NCBI RefSeq assembly: GCF_001194135.2
Contig: NC_068992.1
Span: forward strand, 26,642,311-26,706,202
Length of the DNA: 63,892 nt
Direction: 5' to 3'
Source of the DNA: Octopus bimaculoides
Taxonomy: Eukaryota
Shown here: positions 38,337 through 51,537 of the stretch, one piece after another
Layout: each line of letters opens with the position of its first letter
Numbering within the stretch: position 1 is the stretch's first letter
Translations under genes and position numbers: made by a program
Notes under the pieces: generated by a model
Databases searched by the model: none
Told to the model about the DNA's origin: nothing
What the model saw: only the letters and a program-made list of their open reading frames with translations

Positions 38337-40872
38337 NNNNNNNNNNNNNNNNNNNNNNNNNNNNNNNNNNNNNNNNNNNNNNNNNNNNNNNNNNNNNNNN
38401 NNNNNNNNNNNNNNNNNNNNNNNNNNNNNNNNNNNNNNNNNNNNNNNNNNNNNNNNNNNNNNNNNNNNNNNNNNNNNNNNNNNNNNNNNNNNNNNNNNNN
38501 NNNNNNNNNNNNNNNNNNNNNNNNNNNNNNNNNNNNNNNNNNNNNNNNNNNNNNNNNNNNNNNNNNNNNNNNNNNNNNNNNNNNNNNNNNNNNNNNNNNN
38601 NNNNNNNNNNNNNNNNNNNNNNNNNNNNNNNNNNNNNNNNNNNNNNNNNNNNNNNNNNNNNNNNNNNNNNNNNNNNNNNNNNNNNNNNNNNNNNNNNNNN
38701 NNNNNNNNNNNNNNNNNNNNNNNNNNNNNNNNNNNNNNNNNNNNNNNNNNNNNNNNNNNNNNNNNNNNNNNNNNNNNNNNNNNNNNNNNNNNNNNNNNNN
38801 NNNNNNNNNNNNNNNNNNNNNNNNNNNNNNNNNNNNNNNNNNNNNNNNNNNNNNNNNNNNNNNNNNNNNNNNNNNNNNNNNNNNNNNNNNNNNNNNNNNN
38901 NNNNNNNNNNNNNNNNNNNNNNNNNNNNNNNNNNNNNNNNNNNNNNNNNNNNNNNNNNNNNNNNNNNNNNNNNNNNNNNNNNNNNNNNNNNNNNNNNNNN
39001 NNNNNNNNNNNNNNNNNNNNNNNNNNNNNNNNNNNNNNNNNNNNNNNNNNNNNNNNNNNNNNNNNNNNNNNNNNNNNNNNNNNNNNNNNNNNNNNNNNNN
39101 NNNNNNNNNNNNNNNNNNNNNNNNNNNNNNNNNNNNNNNNNNNNNNNNNNNNNNNNNNNNNNNNNNNNNNNNNNNNNNNNNNNNNNNNNNNNNNNNNNNN
39201 NNNNNNNNNNNNNNNNNNNNNNNNNNNNNNNNNNNNNNNNNNNNNNNNNNNATATATATATATATATCCATATATATATACAATTATATATATATCATAT
39301 ATATGTTTGTGTGTATGTATGTTTGTATGTGTGTATTTGTATTTCTGTGTCTCTGTGTGTATATTATAACGTATTAAATAACAGCAATCGTCGTACGTTA
39401 ATTATCTACGCATTTACGTTTGTACATGTGTATGATAAATCAATAACTTTTGTTAAGATTAATGCCAGGAATCCGCGAAAATTCAAACGTACGTCAGTAT
39501 CTCAATTGCTACAGATATTTCATACATCAAAATCCACACATGAAAAGGAAAGCAAAGAAATTAATGATCGCGTTAACAATATAAGTTTCCAAGTTTTAAC
39601 ACTTCAATGGAATAAATGAGTTAATATGAAACTAATGATACATATTCTGAATGAAACTACGCAATGATGGGCATTTAAATAGTTTCAATGTTCAGTGCAG
39701 TTATATTAAGGAACATAACATCAGCGTGTATAACATACACAGCAAGTCGATTGCGTGTCTATGTTTGTCTACACACGCACAAACATACACACACACAAAC
39801 ACACAGGTACCCATATATGCATATATATATATATATATATATATACATAATATTACAGGCATACATACGCATACGCACACACACACGTGTGTGTGTGTGT
39901 GTNNNNNNNNNNNNNNNNNNNNNNNNNNNNNNNNNNNNNNNNNNNNNNNNNNNNNNNNNNNNNNNNNNNNNNNNNNNNNNNNNNNNNNNNNNNNNNNNNN
40001 NNNNNNNNNNNNNNNNNNNNNNNNNNNNNNNNNNNNNNNNNNNNNNNNNNNNNNNNNNNNNNNNNNNNNNNNNNNNNNNNNNNNNNNNNNNNNNNNNNNN
40101 NNNNNNNNNNNNNNNNNNNNNNNNNNNNNNNNNNNNNNNNNNNNNNNNNNNNNNNNNNNNNNNNNNNNNNNNNNNNNNNNNNNNNNNNNNNNNNNNNNNN
40201 NNNNNNNNNNNNNNNNNNNNNNNNNNNNNNNNNNNNNNNNNNNNNNNNNNNNNNNNNNNNNNNNNNNNNNNNNNNNNNNNNNNNNNNNNNNNNNNNNNNN
40301 NNNNNNNNNNNNNNNNNNNNNNNNNNNNNNNNNNNNNNNNNNNNNNNNNNNNNNNNNNNNNNNNNNNNNNNNNNNNNNNNNNNNNNNNNNNNNNNNNNNN
40401 NNNNNNNNNNNNNNNNNNNNNNNNNNNNNNNNNNNNNNNNNNNNNNNNNNNNNNNNNNNNNNNNNNNNNNNNNNNNNNNNNNNNNNNNNNNNNNNNNNNN
40501 NNNNNNNNNNNNNNNNNNNNNNNNNNNNNNNNNNNNNNNNNNNNNNNNNNNNNNNNNNNNNNNNNNNNNNNNNNNNNNNNNNNNNNNNNNNNNNNNNNNN
40601 NNNNNNNNNNNNNNNNNNNNNNNNNNNNNNNNNNNNNNNNNNNNNNNNNNNNNNNNNNNNNNNNNNNNNNNNNNNNNNNNNNNNNNNNNNNNNNNNNNNN
40701 NNNNNNNNNNNNNNNNNNNNNNNNNNNNNNNNNNNNNNNNNNNNNNTTCTCACCAAATCTGACATAACAGGCCTTCTTTCTAAAGATGATAGTATGCACA
40801 TATGTTTCTTGTGACTCAATTGCCTTCATGAGAATGACAACTGTCCAACCTCATCTCTTGTAGGCAAAAGCC

Positions 40873-40923
<51 letters not shown>

Positions 40924-41634
40924 CTTGCGCGCGTGTGTGTGTGTGTGTGAGTGTGTGTGTGTAATAATATATTGTTCACAGGTTTGTTTTCCTTCCACAA
41001 TCAACGGAAGACATTACGGCTAATGATTTCTCCCGTCATATGAAATATATCAGTATTTTCTAACCGAATTCACATTTATCAACGTCCTTTCTTCATTAAA
41101 ATGTTTACTATACCGCAATAATGCTTTTCCAAACTATATTCTAATGATTGTATAATGTTTCTCTATCGTAAGTGCTGAACATAATTAACACCATTTCTAT
41201 ATTTAAGAGATGAGGAATTATGTATATTATTTACATTATTTAGATTTGACGGATATTTAACCACAAACAAGATGAGAACAAATATCCATCGAAAGTAAAT
41301 AGTGTAAATAATGCATAATTAACACCAATTGCATTTTGTATAAAAATATTTTTCATTAGTATAATTTTTCTCTCAAAAATGAATTACACCAATTTTTCCT
41401 TCTCTTTCTGCATAATTATTTCTCGCCATTCAAACTCAATTGCATCTGGACAATAGATGGAACACTTTATAGTTTATAATTTTGTCTGTCCCTTCTGAAT
41501 TCGACGCCCATTATATCCAACTAAATATATCACTGTACCACAAATAAATTGCAACGTCCTTCAGTAAATAGTTCTGAAAGTGAGATATTATTTAGATCTC
41601 ATTATTTAAACCTAATTATTTCCACACACATACT

Positions 41635-41725
41635 GGTTTCAAATGTTGGCACAAGGCCAGCGATTGTGAGGAAGGGGGTAAGTTGATTACATTGACTCCA
41701 GTATGTAGGTGGTACTTATTTCAAC
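41635..41725 (-). mobile_element. SINE family A 3' half
   Basis: ggtttcaaatgttggcacaaggccagc...ggtacttattt. Confidence 0.75.
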
Positions 41726-41761
41726 GATATATATACATATATATATATATATACATACATT

Positions 41762-41923
41762 CACGACGGGCTTCTTTCAGTTTCCGTCTACCAAATCTAC
41801 TCACAAGGCTTTGGTTGGCCCGAAGCTATAATAGAAGACACTTGCTCAAGGTTCCACGTGGCGGGACTGAACCCGGAAGCATGTGGTTGGTAAGAAAGCT
41901 ACATAACACAGAGCCACTCCTGC

Positions 41924-41925
<2 letters not shown>
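41762..41925 (-). mobile_element. SINE family B 5' half (tRNA head + CORE-like domain)
   Basis: Reverse complement of ggagtggct..accaaccacatg..ccttgagcaagtgtcttc..gaaagaagcccgtcg; ends at a TA-rich tract. Confidence 0.9.
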
Positions 41926-41967
<42 letters not shown>

Positions 41968-42584
41968 ATGAGGACACATTTTGGCGCTTAAGATTCCAAA
42001 TCAAATCTTTCGATCTCTTTGAACAGCAACAGATGCAAGTATCTTATACTGCTTATGGTATATCCTACAGGTCACAAATAGATATGAAAACTTGACATAG
42101 CATAACATGCATAGTATAGTATAACTTTTATTGATTACCAAAAAATGTGTTCAATTATGAAGTAATAGGATCAGTGGCAACAGACTTATCAAAAGAGAGT
42201 GTAGAACCAGCCTGGATTTATGGCTTAAAGTATATTTAACCGTATATGTTATATTTCTTCATAATAATAATAAAAAGAATTATTATTTTAAAACAAATAG
42301 AATAAAAAGAGAAAAGGCGTAATAAATGTAAAATCTATTTTACCTAAATTCTTCAGAGATTACTTGGAAGTGTTTGGAAATCTACACGTGAAGGAAGGGG
42401 CGAAGGGTATTAGGAACTTCCCCGAAAAACTTGTCATTCAATTAACATTTAAGCAAGAGAACGGAAACATGCTGAATTAAGTTTCTACGAGACTACTTTT
42501 TAATGCAGTTTCATGCAATTTGTTCCGACAAGACGCCTTGTGATATTAACTTACTCTTCTACATTTGTATTTCTATAACGTAGC

Positions 42585-42680
42585 AGCCGTTTCGGAGTGG
42601 ACAAAATAAGTACCAATTGATTCAATCGACTTATCCACTCATCCCAAATTGTTGGCCCTGTGGCAAAATTTTAAACCAAT
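42585..42680 (+). mobile_element. SINE family A 3' fragment
   Basis: cggagtggacaaaataagtacc...caatcgact...ttggccctgtggcaaaattttaaacc. Confidence 0.6.
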
Positions 42681-42695
42681 AGTAGGAACCACATA

Positions 42696-42905
42696 GGCAG
42701 CGAGCTAGCAGAATCATTAGCACGCGATGCAAAATGCTTCGCGGCATTTCGTCCGTCTTTACATTCTGAGTTCAAATTCAGCTGATGTCTACTTTGCCTT
42801 CTATTCTTTCAGAATCTTTAGAACATGTTCCAGTTGAGTACTCTGGTGGATGTAATCAACATACCCCCTACCCTGAAATGTCTGGCCTTGTGTCAAATAT
42901 TTGGG
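42696..42905 (+). mobile_element. SINE family A
   Basis: ggcagcgagctagcagaatcattagcac...ttctgagttcaaattc...ggccttgtgtcaaatatttg. Confidence 0.88.
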
Positions 42906-44276
42906 CCTACACCGCACATTTTTATACTCAATTTAGTTCACTTATACTATCTTACCCTGCACTCTTTAAAAAACAATGAATCGAGTCCAAGGTTTATTTT
43001 TTATTGTCATTGTTTACACACAAGTCGACACTAAACTGGCAGATATACGCTCAAAACTATACTAGCTGTGGCTATTCAAAATGTTTACGACGTAGAAGGA
43101 GTTTTAGACAAGATTATTTATAGCGTTCTTCCCTTTTTACGAAACAGTAAGGCGTAAATTCAGTGAAATTCAGCTGCTGTTTCTAGCATGTCAAGTGATC
43201 ACCTAGTAATTCCAATCCTTCGTTGTTTCATAAATAAATAATTTATAAATGTGAAACCAAAATTAGCCTAATTCTCGTAACTCCATTACTGGTCATTTAG
43301 CGTGATTATACACCATTTTGTTTTATGCAACCCTCTTTTTCAAACAATTTCCTTTCAGAACAGAAAATAATTGTAACTGATAATAACTGACATGATGTAA
43401 TACATAGAAATTGGTATCTGATGCAACGATAACACACAATCAACTTTGAAATAATTTTATCTTTTATTGTCATCTGTGTTTGGTTTTATTTTCTTCTGTG
43501 TTTTTATTCCTCCCTGAAAGGCAACAAATGACACATTTTCCAACTTTTCTAATCATAGGTGATAAATTGATTTAGGATTTTAAACAAGATTTAAAAGAAA
43601 TTCACAAGATTCTCTTTAGTTTATTTTCTATTCTTTCTGTTTTAGTTTGTTTGCATATATTATCATCTCGCAGGTTCCAATAACAGTTCTCCCGTGTGAA
43701 AATAAAAACAAACATCTATTTTAGAACAAAAATTTACATTGAAATATTTGTTACTGTTTTTCTTTATAATTGATGTTCGACTTCTGTTAATTAAATTTCT
43801 ACATGATGTTACATGTTTGAATCAATTTCAATAGATAACTCAACATCTGTTATAGGATTTCGTTGCAAAAGTGAAGTGAAACCTGTTCGTCTAGGAATTA
43901 GGAACATAATACACGCCTTCCAAGGAATTCATTTCGCCAATCTATTTGTCACAGCTCAATGAAACAAAACTGGTGTGTTTATATCATTATAATCCAATAA
44001 TTTTAACAATGCGATGACGTTAATAGTGTGGCCATTATATTTTTCAAGTGACGGTCTTTCAATTCAATAAATATTGATTACTTACAAAAGCAAAATACTT
44101 CAATCTGAGAGTCATACTACAGTTGTCGGATCTAAAACATTCATCAGTTCAGACACCTCTATACGCTTCTTAGTTATATCCACCGAAACATTTAAACTCA
44201 TCTGTTTTATTTGAAACATATTGCAGTTTCCTAGTACAAATGCATACAAGTTGTTAGGTTGTTTGGTCACTAAAAA

Positions 44277-44469
44277 CAGGGTGGGCCAAAAGTAAGTTTA
44301 CAATTATTCAACTATCTCTTTCGTATCTTAATTATAAAAAAATAAATGAAACCATTATTCTATGCCATTTTAGTTAATTGTAAAATAGAAATTTAAATGA
44401 AATAACATGTTTTAAAAGAAATTTAAAACGCCTAGGTGAACACTGTAAACCTACTTTGGGGTCACGCTG
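44277..44469. mobile_element. Tc1/mariner-type MITE (about 193 bp)
   Basis: Imperfect TIRs cagggtgggccaaaagtaagtttaca and tgtaaacctactttggggtcacgctg, TA at the right end, AT-rich interior. Confidence 0.8.
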
Positions 44470-44899
44470 TATACAAGAAAAGGTTGTAACAATTATTTTG
44501 TATGATAGTCTAAATGAAAATAGGGGTGGAGTGAAAATAAATTGCATTTAGAAATTGCTTAATTCGTGACTACATCAGTAAGTGCTGAGTATAACATATT
44601 TAGTAATTAGAATAATCATAGCATTGCATAAACATAGTTTTATGAGAAGTAATGACATATTCGTTGTCTACTTGTTTCGAAGTTTTTGTTTCAGAATACA
44701 AACATTAATACGAGTTGTGGTATTTATCGAGGAATGATTCCAGCTGTGTTCTAGATGATTAGATATTTTGCACAATATTAGATATTTTTCTTAGTATTAG
44801 ATATCTTTCATAGTAGGACATAGTGAATTTACATATATTGGGATATAGCATACAAAAAAAAATCAAGTTAAAGATATTTACCGATATCTTCTATTCCAT

Positions 44900-46750
44900 C
44901 ACTGCTGACATATTTAAATGAAGAGTGAGTGTAGAGGTCTGGTTGTGTTTTGTCTGTATGAATGAAATAGTTTCTGGTTACAAAAACAATTTCTTTGGGA
45001 AAAAGGGTGCTTTAAAGACTGAAATTAAAGGACACGTCAGTTCCATCCTTAGGGTCGTCAGTAAAAAATTGGATGCAGTATCGATCAGGCTATATCGATT
45101 GCCTTTATACGCCACTGGTTACGATGCCACTCTAATTCTGTCAAGACTGCGCCGTTCTTTTCTATCTTGACCCAAATTGCTAAACTAGATCGTCTGCCTA
45201 TCGTCATGGAGGCCTTCCAAATGGCCTTTTCCGATCTTCTCTATATCAATCGACAACTGAACGGGTCCACCTGCGACATATTCGGCTTTAGATACTCTGA
45301 GATTACATCGTTCACTCCACCCCGTTCTCAAATTGTCCCATTTTGAATATGTTCTCGTATTGATATTCCAAGCCTGGATCTTTCCATGGCCCTTGTACCG
45401 TTGCTAATCGATGTTCGATCTTCTTCGTACTAGCCCACGTCTTGCGTATAAAAGGTAGGACAGAGATATTTAAACACCGTTCTACTATTTTTATAGTGGA
45501 GAGGCAGATCCACATCGTCTAACAGTGTCGTAGGGCGCTGGGCCGTTTAAATTGCTCGGTATCTGCTTTGGCCCGGACCTCTAGGGAAACAGGAACTAGA
45601 AGGAGGTGAGGATCATGGCCGGCAGTCTCATCCAGAAATGTGCAGAGAAGAAACTTCCTCTAAATGGTTGAGTGAAGGTGGCAAATGCGTGCAATGCTTC
45701 TGTCATCTTCTGCCACATGACAGCCGTCCTTGGGAAATGATGCGAAGACATGTAGAGAGGCTGTGACATCTCCAGCGTTTCCTTAAACTAGCAGATGTGG
45801 TCGCTGTTTCTCAGACAGGATTTTTAGTAGGTTCTCCCATTCATAGAACTACGGTCTTGGATTAAGCGTAGACGGCGAAAGGGCGTTTGACAAAGGAGTA
45901 TCGGCAAGCGTTCACAACCATTTGACAGTGAGGCAATGCGGTCGATGGAAGCTCCACATTGGATTGTATAGAAGATTTGTGGTGGGCAAGAGCGACATCT
46001 TTCGTAGGGAAACTCTGGGTATCGAGAGGGATCAATTAGCTGGTCTTTCCAGAGGACATTCGGACCGGAGACTATAGATAACCTCGAGAAATCCCCGACC
46101 TGATAGCGTTTCTGAGGTGTTCTGCAGATTCAAAACCGGCTTTCCATGAACGCGTTGTCAGACGGAGTCTGTTCCAGGTGTGCGCAGGATGATGAAAGTG
46201 TTCTGCATGCACTCCTCTAGTGTCCGAGTATTGCTGACTTGCAGAGATTTATCGAACAGGTGTTGACGCATGTAGGAGAGGAGAGATCCAGTTATCGGCA
46301 GAGTTCACTGCAGGCATCGTCCGTACGTCTTCTTTCGGTCGGGAAAGTAATGCAGTTTTTCTCAGTCCGGTGGCTATGGAGAAAGGGGTATTGTGGTTGA
46401 CGAACTTGAAACGGTAAAAGACTGACACATTCCTCTTCCGCCACGCTCTCATCGACTTTTCAAGTTCCGTTTGTAAATGAAAGCGAGGGTTGGAAGAGAA
46501 GTTGTGCCCCTCAAGTATCTTTGTTGAACGATGAGTGAATATAGCGAGGATGGCCCATGTGAATGGGCCAACTCTGAAAATAAGCTTATAAGGCGAGGGC
46601 GTGAGTGAGAAAGCGTGAGGTGCCTGCCTCAGGTATCCTTGCCGGTCAAGATGGATGACTAGAATGCATGAATGACTAGAAAGCATGACTCTGGGTGAAA
46701 ACGCACCTGTTTTTTGGTGAATCTTATTGCTAATCTTTTGTTGTTAAAAA
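44900..46750 (+). mobile_element. L1/Tx1-like LINE ORF2 3' part (decayed RT, C-terminal zinc finger, 3' UTR)
   Basis: Plus strand gives GPFKLLGICFGPDL..KKLPLNG*VKVANA, CAQDDESVLHALL*CPSIADL (CCHC) and TDTFLFRHALIDFFKFRL*MKARVGREV. Many stops. Confidence 0.82.
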
Positions 46751-46875
46751 TCGTGGTGACGACAGCATCAAACCTAATAGTAACAACATGAAACTAAGTG
46801 AAACTGAAAGTACTTACACCACTACCAACTGCGACAACAATAACACCTCAGCCACAATAGTGGTGGTGACGCCAA

Positions 46876-47090
46876 CAGTGGTTTCAAATTTTGGCACAAA
46901 AGCAGGAATTTCGAAGGAGGGACTAAAACGATTACATCGACCGCTGTGTTCAGTTGATACGTATTGTAAAGACCCTGGATGAAAAGCACAATCGACCTCA
47001 GCGTAATTTGCACTCAGAACGTAAAGACGGACGAAATACCGTTAAGCATTTTGCTCGCTGTGTTAACGATTGAGCCAGCTCGCCGTCTTC
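46876..47090 (-). mobile_element. SINE family A
   Basis: Reverse complement of ggcgagctggctcaatcgttaacac..cttaacggtatttcgtccgtctttacgttctgagtgcaaatt..gaggtcgattgtgcttttcatcc. Confidence 0.88.
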
Positions 47091-47917
47091 GGTGATTGCA
47101 ACATTCATAACAATGATCAGAAAGCAAGGAATAGCAATATCTGACTACAACGAAAGCAACATCACCAACAGCACAACCGCGACAATCACCATGAATGAGA
47201 GGAACACAACTACTACTTTTGCGGCTATTTCAAGCATCTCAACAATTAATGTAACCCTCGAAAGTAGCGAGTACATCAATATGACGATGGCCAAATCATT
47301 GGCAAGGGCGGGCAAAAATGCTTTTCATGTATCTTTGGAAGACAAGGATGTGTGTCTAAGAAGAGCTGAACAGTTATTAAAAAGTAGCGCATTTGGATCT
47401 GTATTTGAGTCGCATCCAGAAATCAGGGAAAAGACTATCAGTTGAACAATAATTTATAGTTGTGTTTCGATTAAAACCCAGCGCATGGAAATAGCCACTC
47501 ACACTTAAGTGGAGATCTGCACAAAAAAGAACTTCATTCATAGGGTTCGACATTTCCTCACTGTCGAGGTACAAACCACTGTTAGCTCTACTTCGGTCAG
47601 TATAGTCGAAATACTAGGGTAAGTTTAATCGAGTAACCTGAACACAGTAAACTGGTGGCTTTATACTTAACTATTACTGGGCAGTTGAGTATCGGACAAA
47701 TGTCTTCTGATATTTATTCCGGCACACAAGTTTATAGTTCATTGCATGAATTCAAATACAGCCAGGTTACATATTGCCCATTATAATTCCAGGGTGAATA
47801 AAATTAAATAAAAATTAAATCATTAATTAAATTGAACCCAGAACGTAATGAATCCGAAGAAATACCACTAACATTATTGTCCGTTATTATAACTATTCCA
47901 CCAGTATGTCGCCTTAA

Positions 47918-47975
47918 CACATAGGCTACCTTCTCACATAGGCTACCTTCTCACATAGGCTACCTTCTCACATAG
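47918..47975. repeat. 17-bp tandem repeat, 3.3 perfect copies
   Basis: acataggctaccttctc x3 plus acatag. Confidence 0.95.
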
Positions 47976-48950
47976 ATCGATAGTGTTGTTGCCTCTGTTA
48001 TAAATCAGCAAGTTTTAATGTTAATGAATTTCATGAACTCACTCACGACTCAAAATACCCGAAAATCTACATAACATACTCGAGACAACTGAAGTGGTTT
48101 GTTCTTCTTTATTTTTTATTTTTTATTTTTGTTTTCTGATCTTATAAAATTGTTTTAATAGAAATTGAAAACTCTTCTATTGTGGTAATGTTGCTCCGAA
48201 ACATGCATCTGTCCAAACAGTATTTATGTTTTTCTCTCACTGCTTTGTTCAATTCACCAATGTTTGAATAGTCATACTGAATATAATACACACTATTGTA
48301 TTTAGCTTTAATTTAAATGTTCATGGTAAAATATAAAATATTAAATGAAAGTAAAATGTTTCCTTTTAAGATATTTCTGAAAATCACGTCAATGATCAAA
48401 ATCAGTCGCATTATTTATAGTTTTCTGATATTAGGCAATGTTAAACTGCATTACTAATATGAAACAGAGACAGCCGATATTTCTGATATTAGAAATACAT
48501 TAAACGTTTTACCTTGAATACATGAATATATGATTATCTTGTTGCCATAAATGTATTTTCTTAAATGGAAATATCAGACAAGAAACAAACTACATTTTGG
48601 GAGGAAAGAATTGGTAAAACATATCGGATTCATCCCTTCTGATTTCACTTACTGATCATCAATATTTGGTCATCAATTCAAATCAACAAAAGTTCTATAA
48701 CATTACAGCTATGCTAAATTAAATATTTAGATTAATATGGACAACCACTTTAGGGTATGAATGTAATGGTTGGAAGCGAGATACAATTACATTCATTTCA
48801 AATTTAGTTGCCAATCTCAGCTTGTGTACATCATCCGCAACACTCATGCGTTTTATGCAACTACAAAACTCACATTTATAAAACCCTGTGATAGTTTACA
48901 AGATAATAGGATATTCCTTGTTTATTTCGCAGCAATTATACAACAGACAC

Positions 48951-49108
48951 AGGAGTGGCTGTGTGGTAAGTAGCTTTCTTACCAACCACATGGTCCCGAG
49001 TTCAGTCTCACTGCTTGGCACCTTGGGCAAGTGTTTTCTACTATAGCCTCGGAGAGACCAAAGCCTTGTGAGTGGATTTGGTAGACGGAAACTGGCAGAA
49101 GCCCGTCG

Positions 49109-49139
<31 letters not shown>

Positions 49140-49355
49140 ATATGTTTGTGTGTCTGTTTGTCACCCAGCATCACTTGACAACCGATGCTGGTGTGTTTGC
49201 GTCCCTTAACTTAGCGGTTCGGCAAAAGAGGCCGATGGAATAAGTACTAGGGCTTACAAAGAATAAGCTCTGGGGTCGATTTGCTCGACTATTAAGGTGA
49301 CGCTCCAGCATGGCCGCAGTCAAATGACTGAAACAAGTAAAAGAGTAGAAGAGTA
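48951..49355 (+). mobile_element. SINE family B, full length
   Basis: aggagtggctgtgtggtaag..ggcaccttgggcaagtg..(TA/TG)n..cttgacaaccgatgctgg..aaacaagtaaaagagt. Confidence 0.95.
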
Positions 49356-49863
49356 ATAAGGTAACAAAATTAGTGTGCAAAGCACTGCAGCTGCTTGCAG
49401 GTGATACAAGTTCATGCCTCGGGTTTCACTTCCATATAAAGTATTTCATTTGTGCTATTTATGCATGAAAAGTTAAAAAATATTGTTATTCTGTGAACAT
49501 TCTGATAAAATTTGAAAGGAACAAATATCTGGCTACAACATTGCAGTGGAATTATATAAATGCCTAATCCGGCATCCAATTATACAATTCCATTTTTCCC
49601 AGGATACTTACGCAGATTTCTTCCTGTCACAGGTATTTCGTTCACGCTTTCTTACTCTCTTTTGGAGCCCTATCAATTGGTATGTGCAATGCCCTTCTCC
49701 TCGAACTCATTTCAAACTTGTATATTAAGTGTTCCAAGAGTATACATTTTGTCTTTCATCGCTACTAAGTGTAGAAAATAAGCACCAGTCAGGTACCGCA
49801 ATTACAACAATCAGTTGACAACCGAAAATCCATTATAAATATTTGAACTATATTGAGAACATG

Positions 49864-49865
<2 letters not shown>

Positions 49866-49952
<87 letters not shown>

Positions 49953-50016
49953 GTGTGGGTGTGGGTGTGTGTGTATATGTGTGTGTCTGTGTGTGTGTAT
50001 GTGTATGTGTATGTGT

Positions 50017-50047
<31 letters not shown>
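49866..50047. repeat. (CA)n(TA)n(TG)n compound microsatellite
   Basis: Direct reading. Confidence 0.96.
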
Positions 50048-50720
50048 CGTATGTTGGTCGAATCGCGCAGATTGGAAATCACAGTTAATTAACCATATAT
50101 TGACTGACTTATCAACTATTTCCTTCAATTATATGATGTTGCTTTGGAAATTTAACGATAGGCTGCAATGAAAAGATTTAGATATTTGAAAGGATGTAAA
50201 GTTAATAAAATTGATTTTCTGTAAAATATTTTATTTTAACTAGAGTAATCTGTTAGGAATGTTAGGACATTCAGTATAGCACTTAAACATTGTCACAATA
50301 GAATTTCAGCCTGTTTTGGTCAATAATTTGAAATGCGCTCTAGGTTGTTTCTATGACAACAGTCTACGTGAGCTGCAATACCTAATATTGGTTGCTATTA
50401 AATCGAAACATCTCATTAAATAAGATCTATATATAAAGAAACATTATATATACAGTTAGCTGTGTAGAAATTCTTTTATGGGCAGCATGTAAAGGCGGAG
50501 TAAGAATATATGAAATATAAAGAAAACCTAATGAAAGTTTACACACAAAGACATGAGTGGATTTGAAATGAAGTCATAAGGTGGTATAGAATTTGATTTA
50601 CTCCTATACATTTGCGCTCCATTTGCAAATCAGTAGAATGTTAATATACTTTTTGGAATATATTAATTTTAATTCGTGCAGTTACTAAATCTTACATTCG
50701 TAGTAGTTTAGTTATTATCC

Positions 50721-50935
50721 AAGGCGGCGAACTGGCAGAAACGTTAGCACGCCGGGCGAAATGTTTAGCGGTATTTCGTCTGCCGTTACATTCTGAGTTC
50801 AAATTCCGCCGAAGTCGACTTTGCATTTCATCCTTTCGGGGTCGATACATTAAGTACATTTGCGTACTGGTGTCGATCTAATCGGGTGGCCACCTCCCCA
50901 AACATTTCGAGCCTGGTGCCTAGAGTAGAAAAGAA
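50721..50935 (+). mobile_element. SINE family A, well-preserved copy
   Basis: aaggcggcgaactggcagaaacgttagcacgccgggcgaaatgtttagcgg..gagttcaaattcc (tRNA A/B-box-like), gtcgactttgcatttcatcctttcggggtcgatac, tail tagagtagaaaagaat. Confidence 0.95.
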
Positions 50936-51312
50936 TAATTTATTTATATTATAATATTAAATGATATACTATGAATATAACATAATATTATATAACATGA
51001 ACGATTATTAAAAAAAAAACATTAAAGGCCAAGAAATTGTTTCGATTTATAGACATTTTCTGATCTACATGCACAAAAACAGCTCTCATATATATAAGCC
51101 ACTTCAGTGTCATGGTTTAAAGATAGACGAGCCATGACCCTGAAGTGGCTTATATATAAGGGAACTGTTATTGTGTATATATATCAGAAAACGCACATAA
51201 GTCGAAACAATTTGTTGGGCTTTCATGTTTTTTTAAATAATTATGTTATATAATATTATATTATATTATAGTCATAGTATATCATGTAATATAATAATAT
51301 AAATAAATTATT
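50934..51312. repeat. About 380-bp foldback (long imperfect inverted repeat)
   Basis: The left arm taatttatttatatt...aagccacttcagtgtcatgg pairs with ccatgaccctgaagtggctt...aatataaataaatta; spacer about 15 nt. Confidence 0.9.
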
Positions 51313-51340
51313 GCATTGTCAATAGTATCTCTCTATTTAA

Positions 51341-51383
<43 letters not shown>

Positions 51384-51384
51384 C

Positions 51385-51537
51385 TATGGGCTTCTTTGAG
51401 TTTCTGTCTAACAAATCCACTCACAAGTCTTTGGTCGGCCCGAGGCTATAGTAGAAAATACTTGCCCAAGGTGCCACGCAGTGGAAGTGAAACTGGAACC
51501 ATGTAGTTGGTAATTAAACTACTTACCACACAGCCAT
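51385..51537 (-). mobile_element. SINE family B 5' half
   Basis: ttgcccaaggtgccacgcagtgg..cttaccacacagcc, bounded by (TA)n on both sides. Confidence 0.9.

Noticed and set aside
47092-47445. 117-aa plus ORF
   Set aside because: The N-terminal half is a decayed (ACA)n Thr/Asn-rich repeat next to a SINE; the C-terminal half matches nothing I recognise.
47918-47975. Short direct repeats as a possible CRISPR array
   Set aside because: The repeats are contiguous with no spacers, there are no cas genes, and the context is eukaryotic.
50721-50810. tRNA-like A/B boxes in SINE heads as tRNA genes
   Set aside because: They continue into SINE bodies repeated many times in the window and do not form a full cloverleaf.
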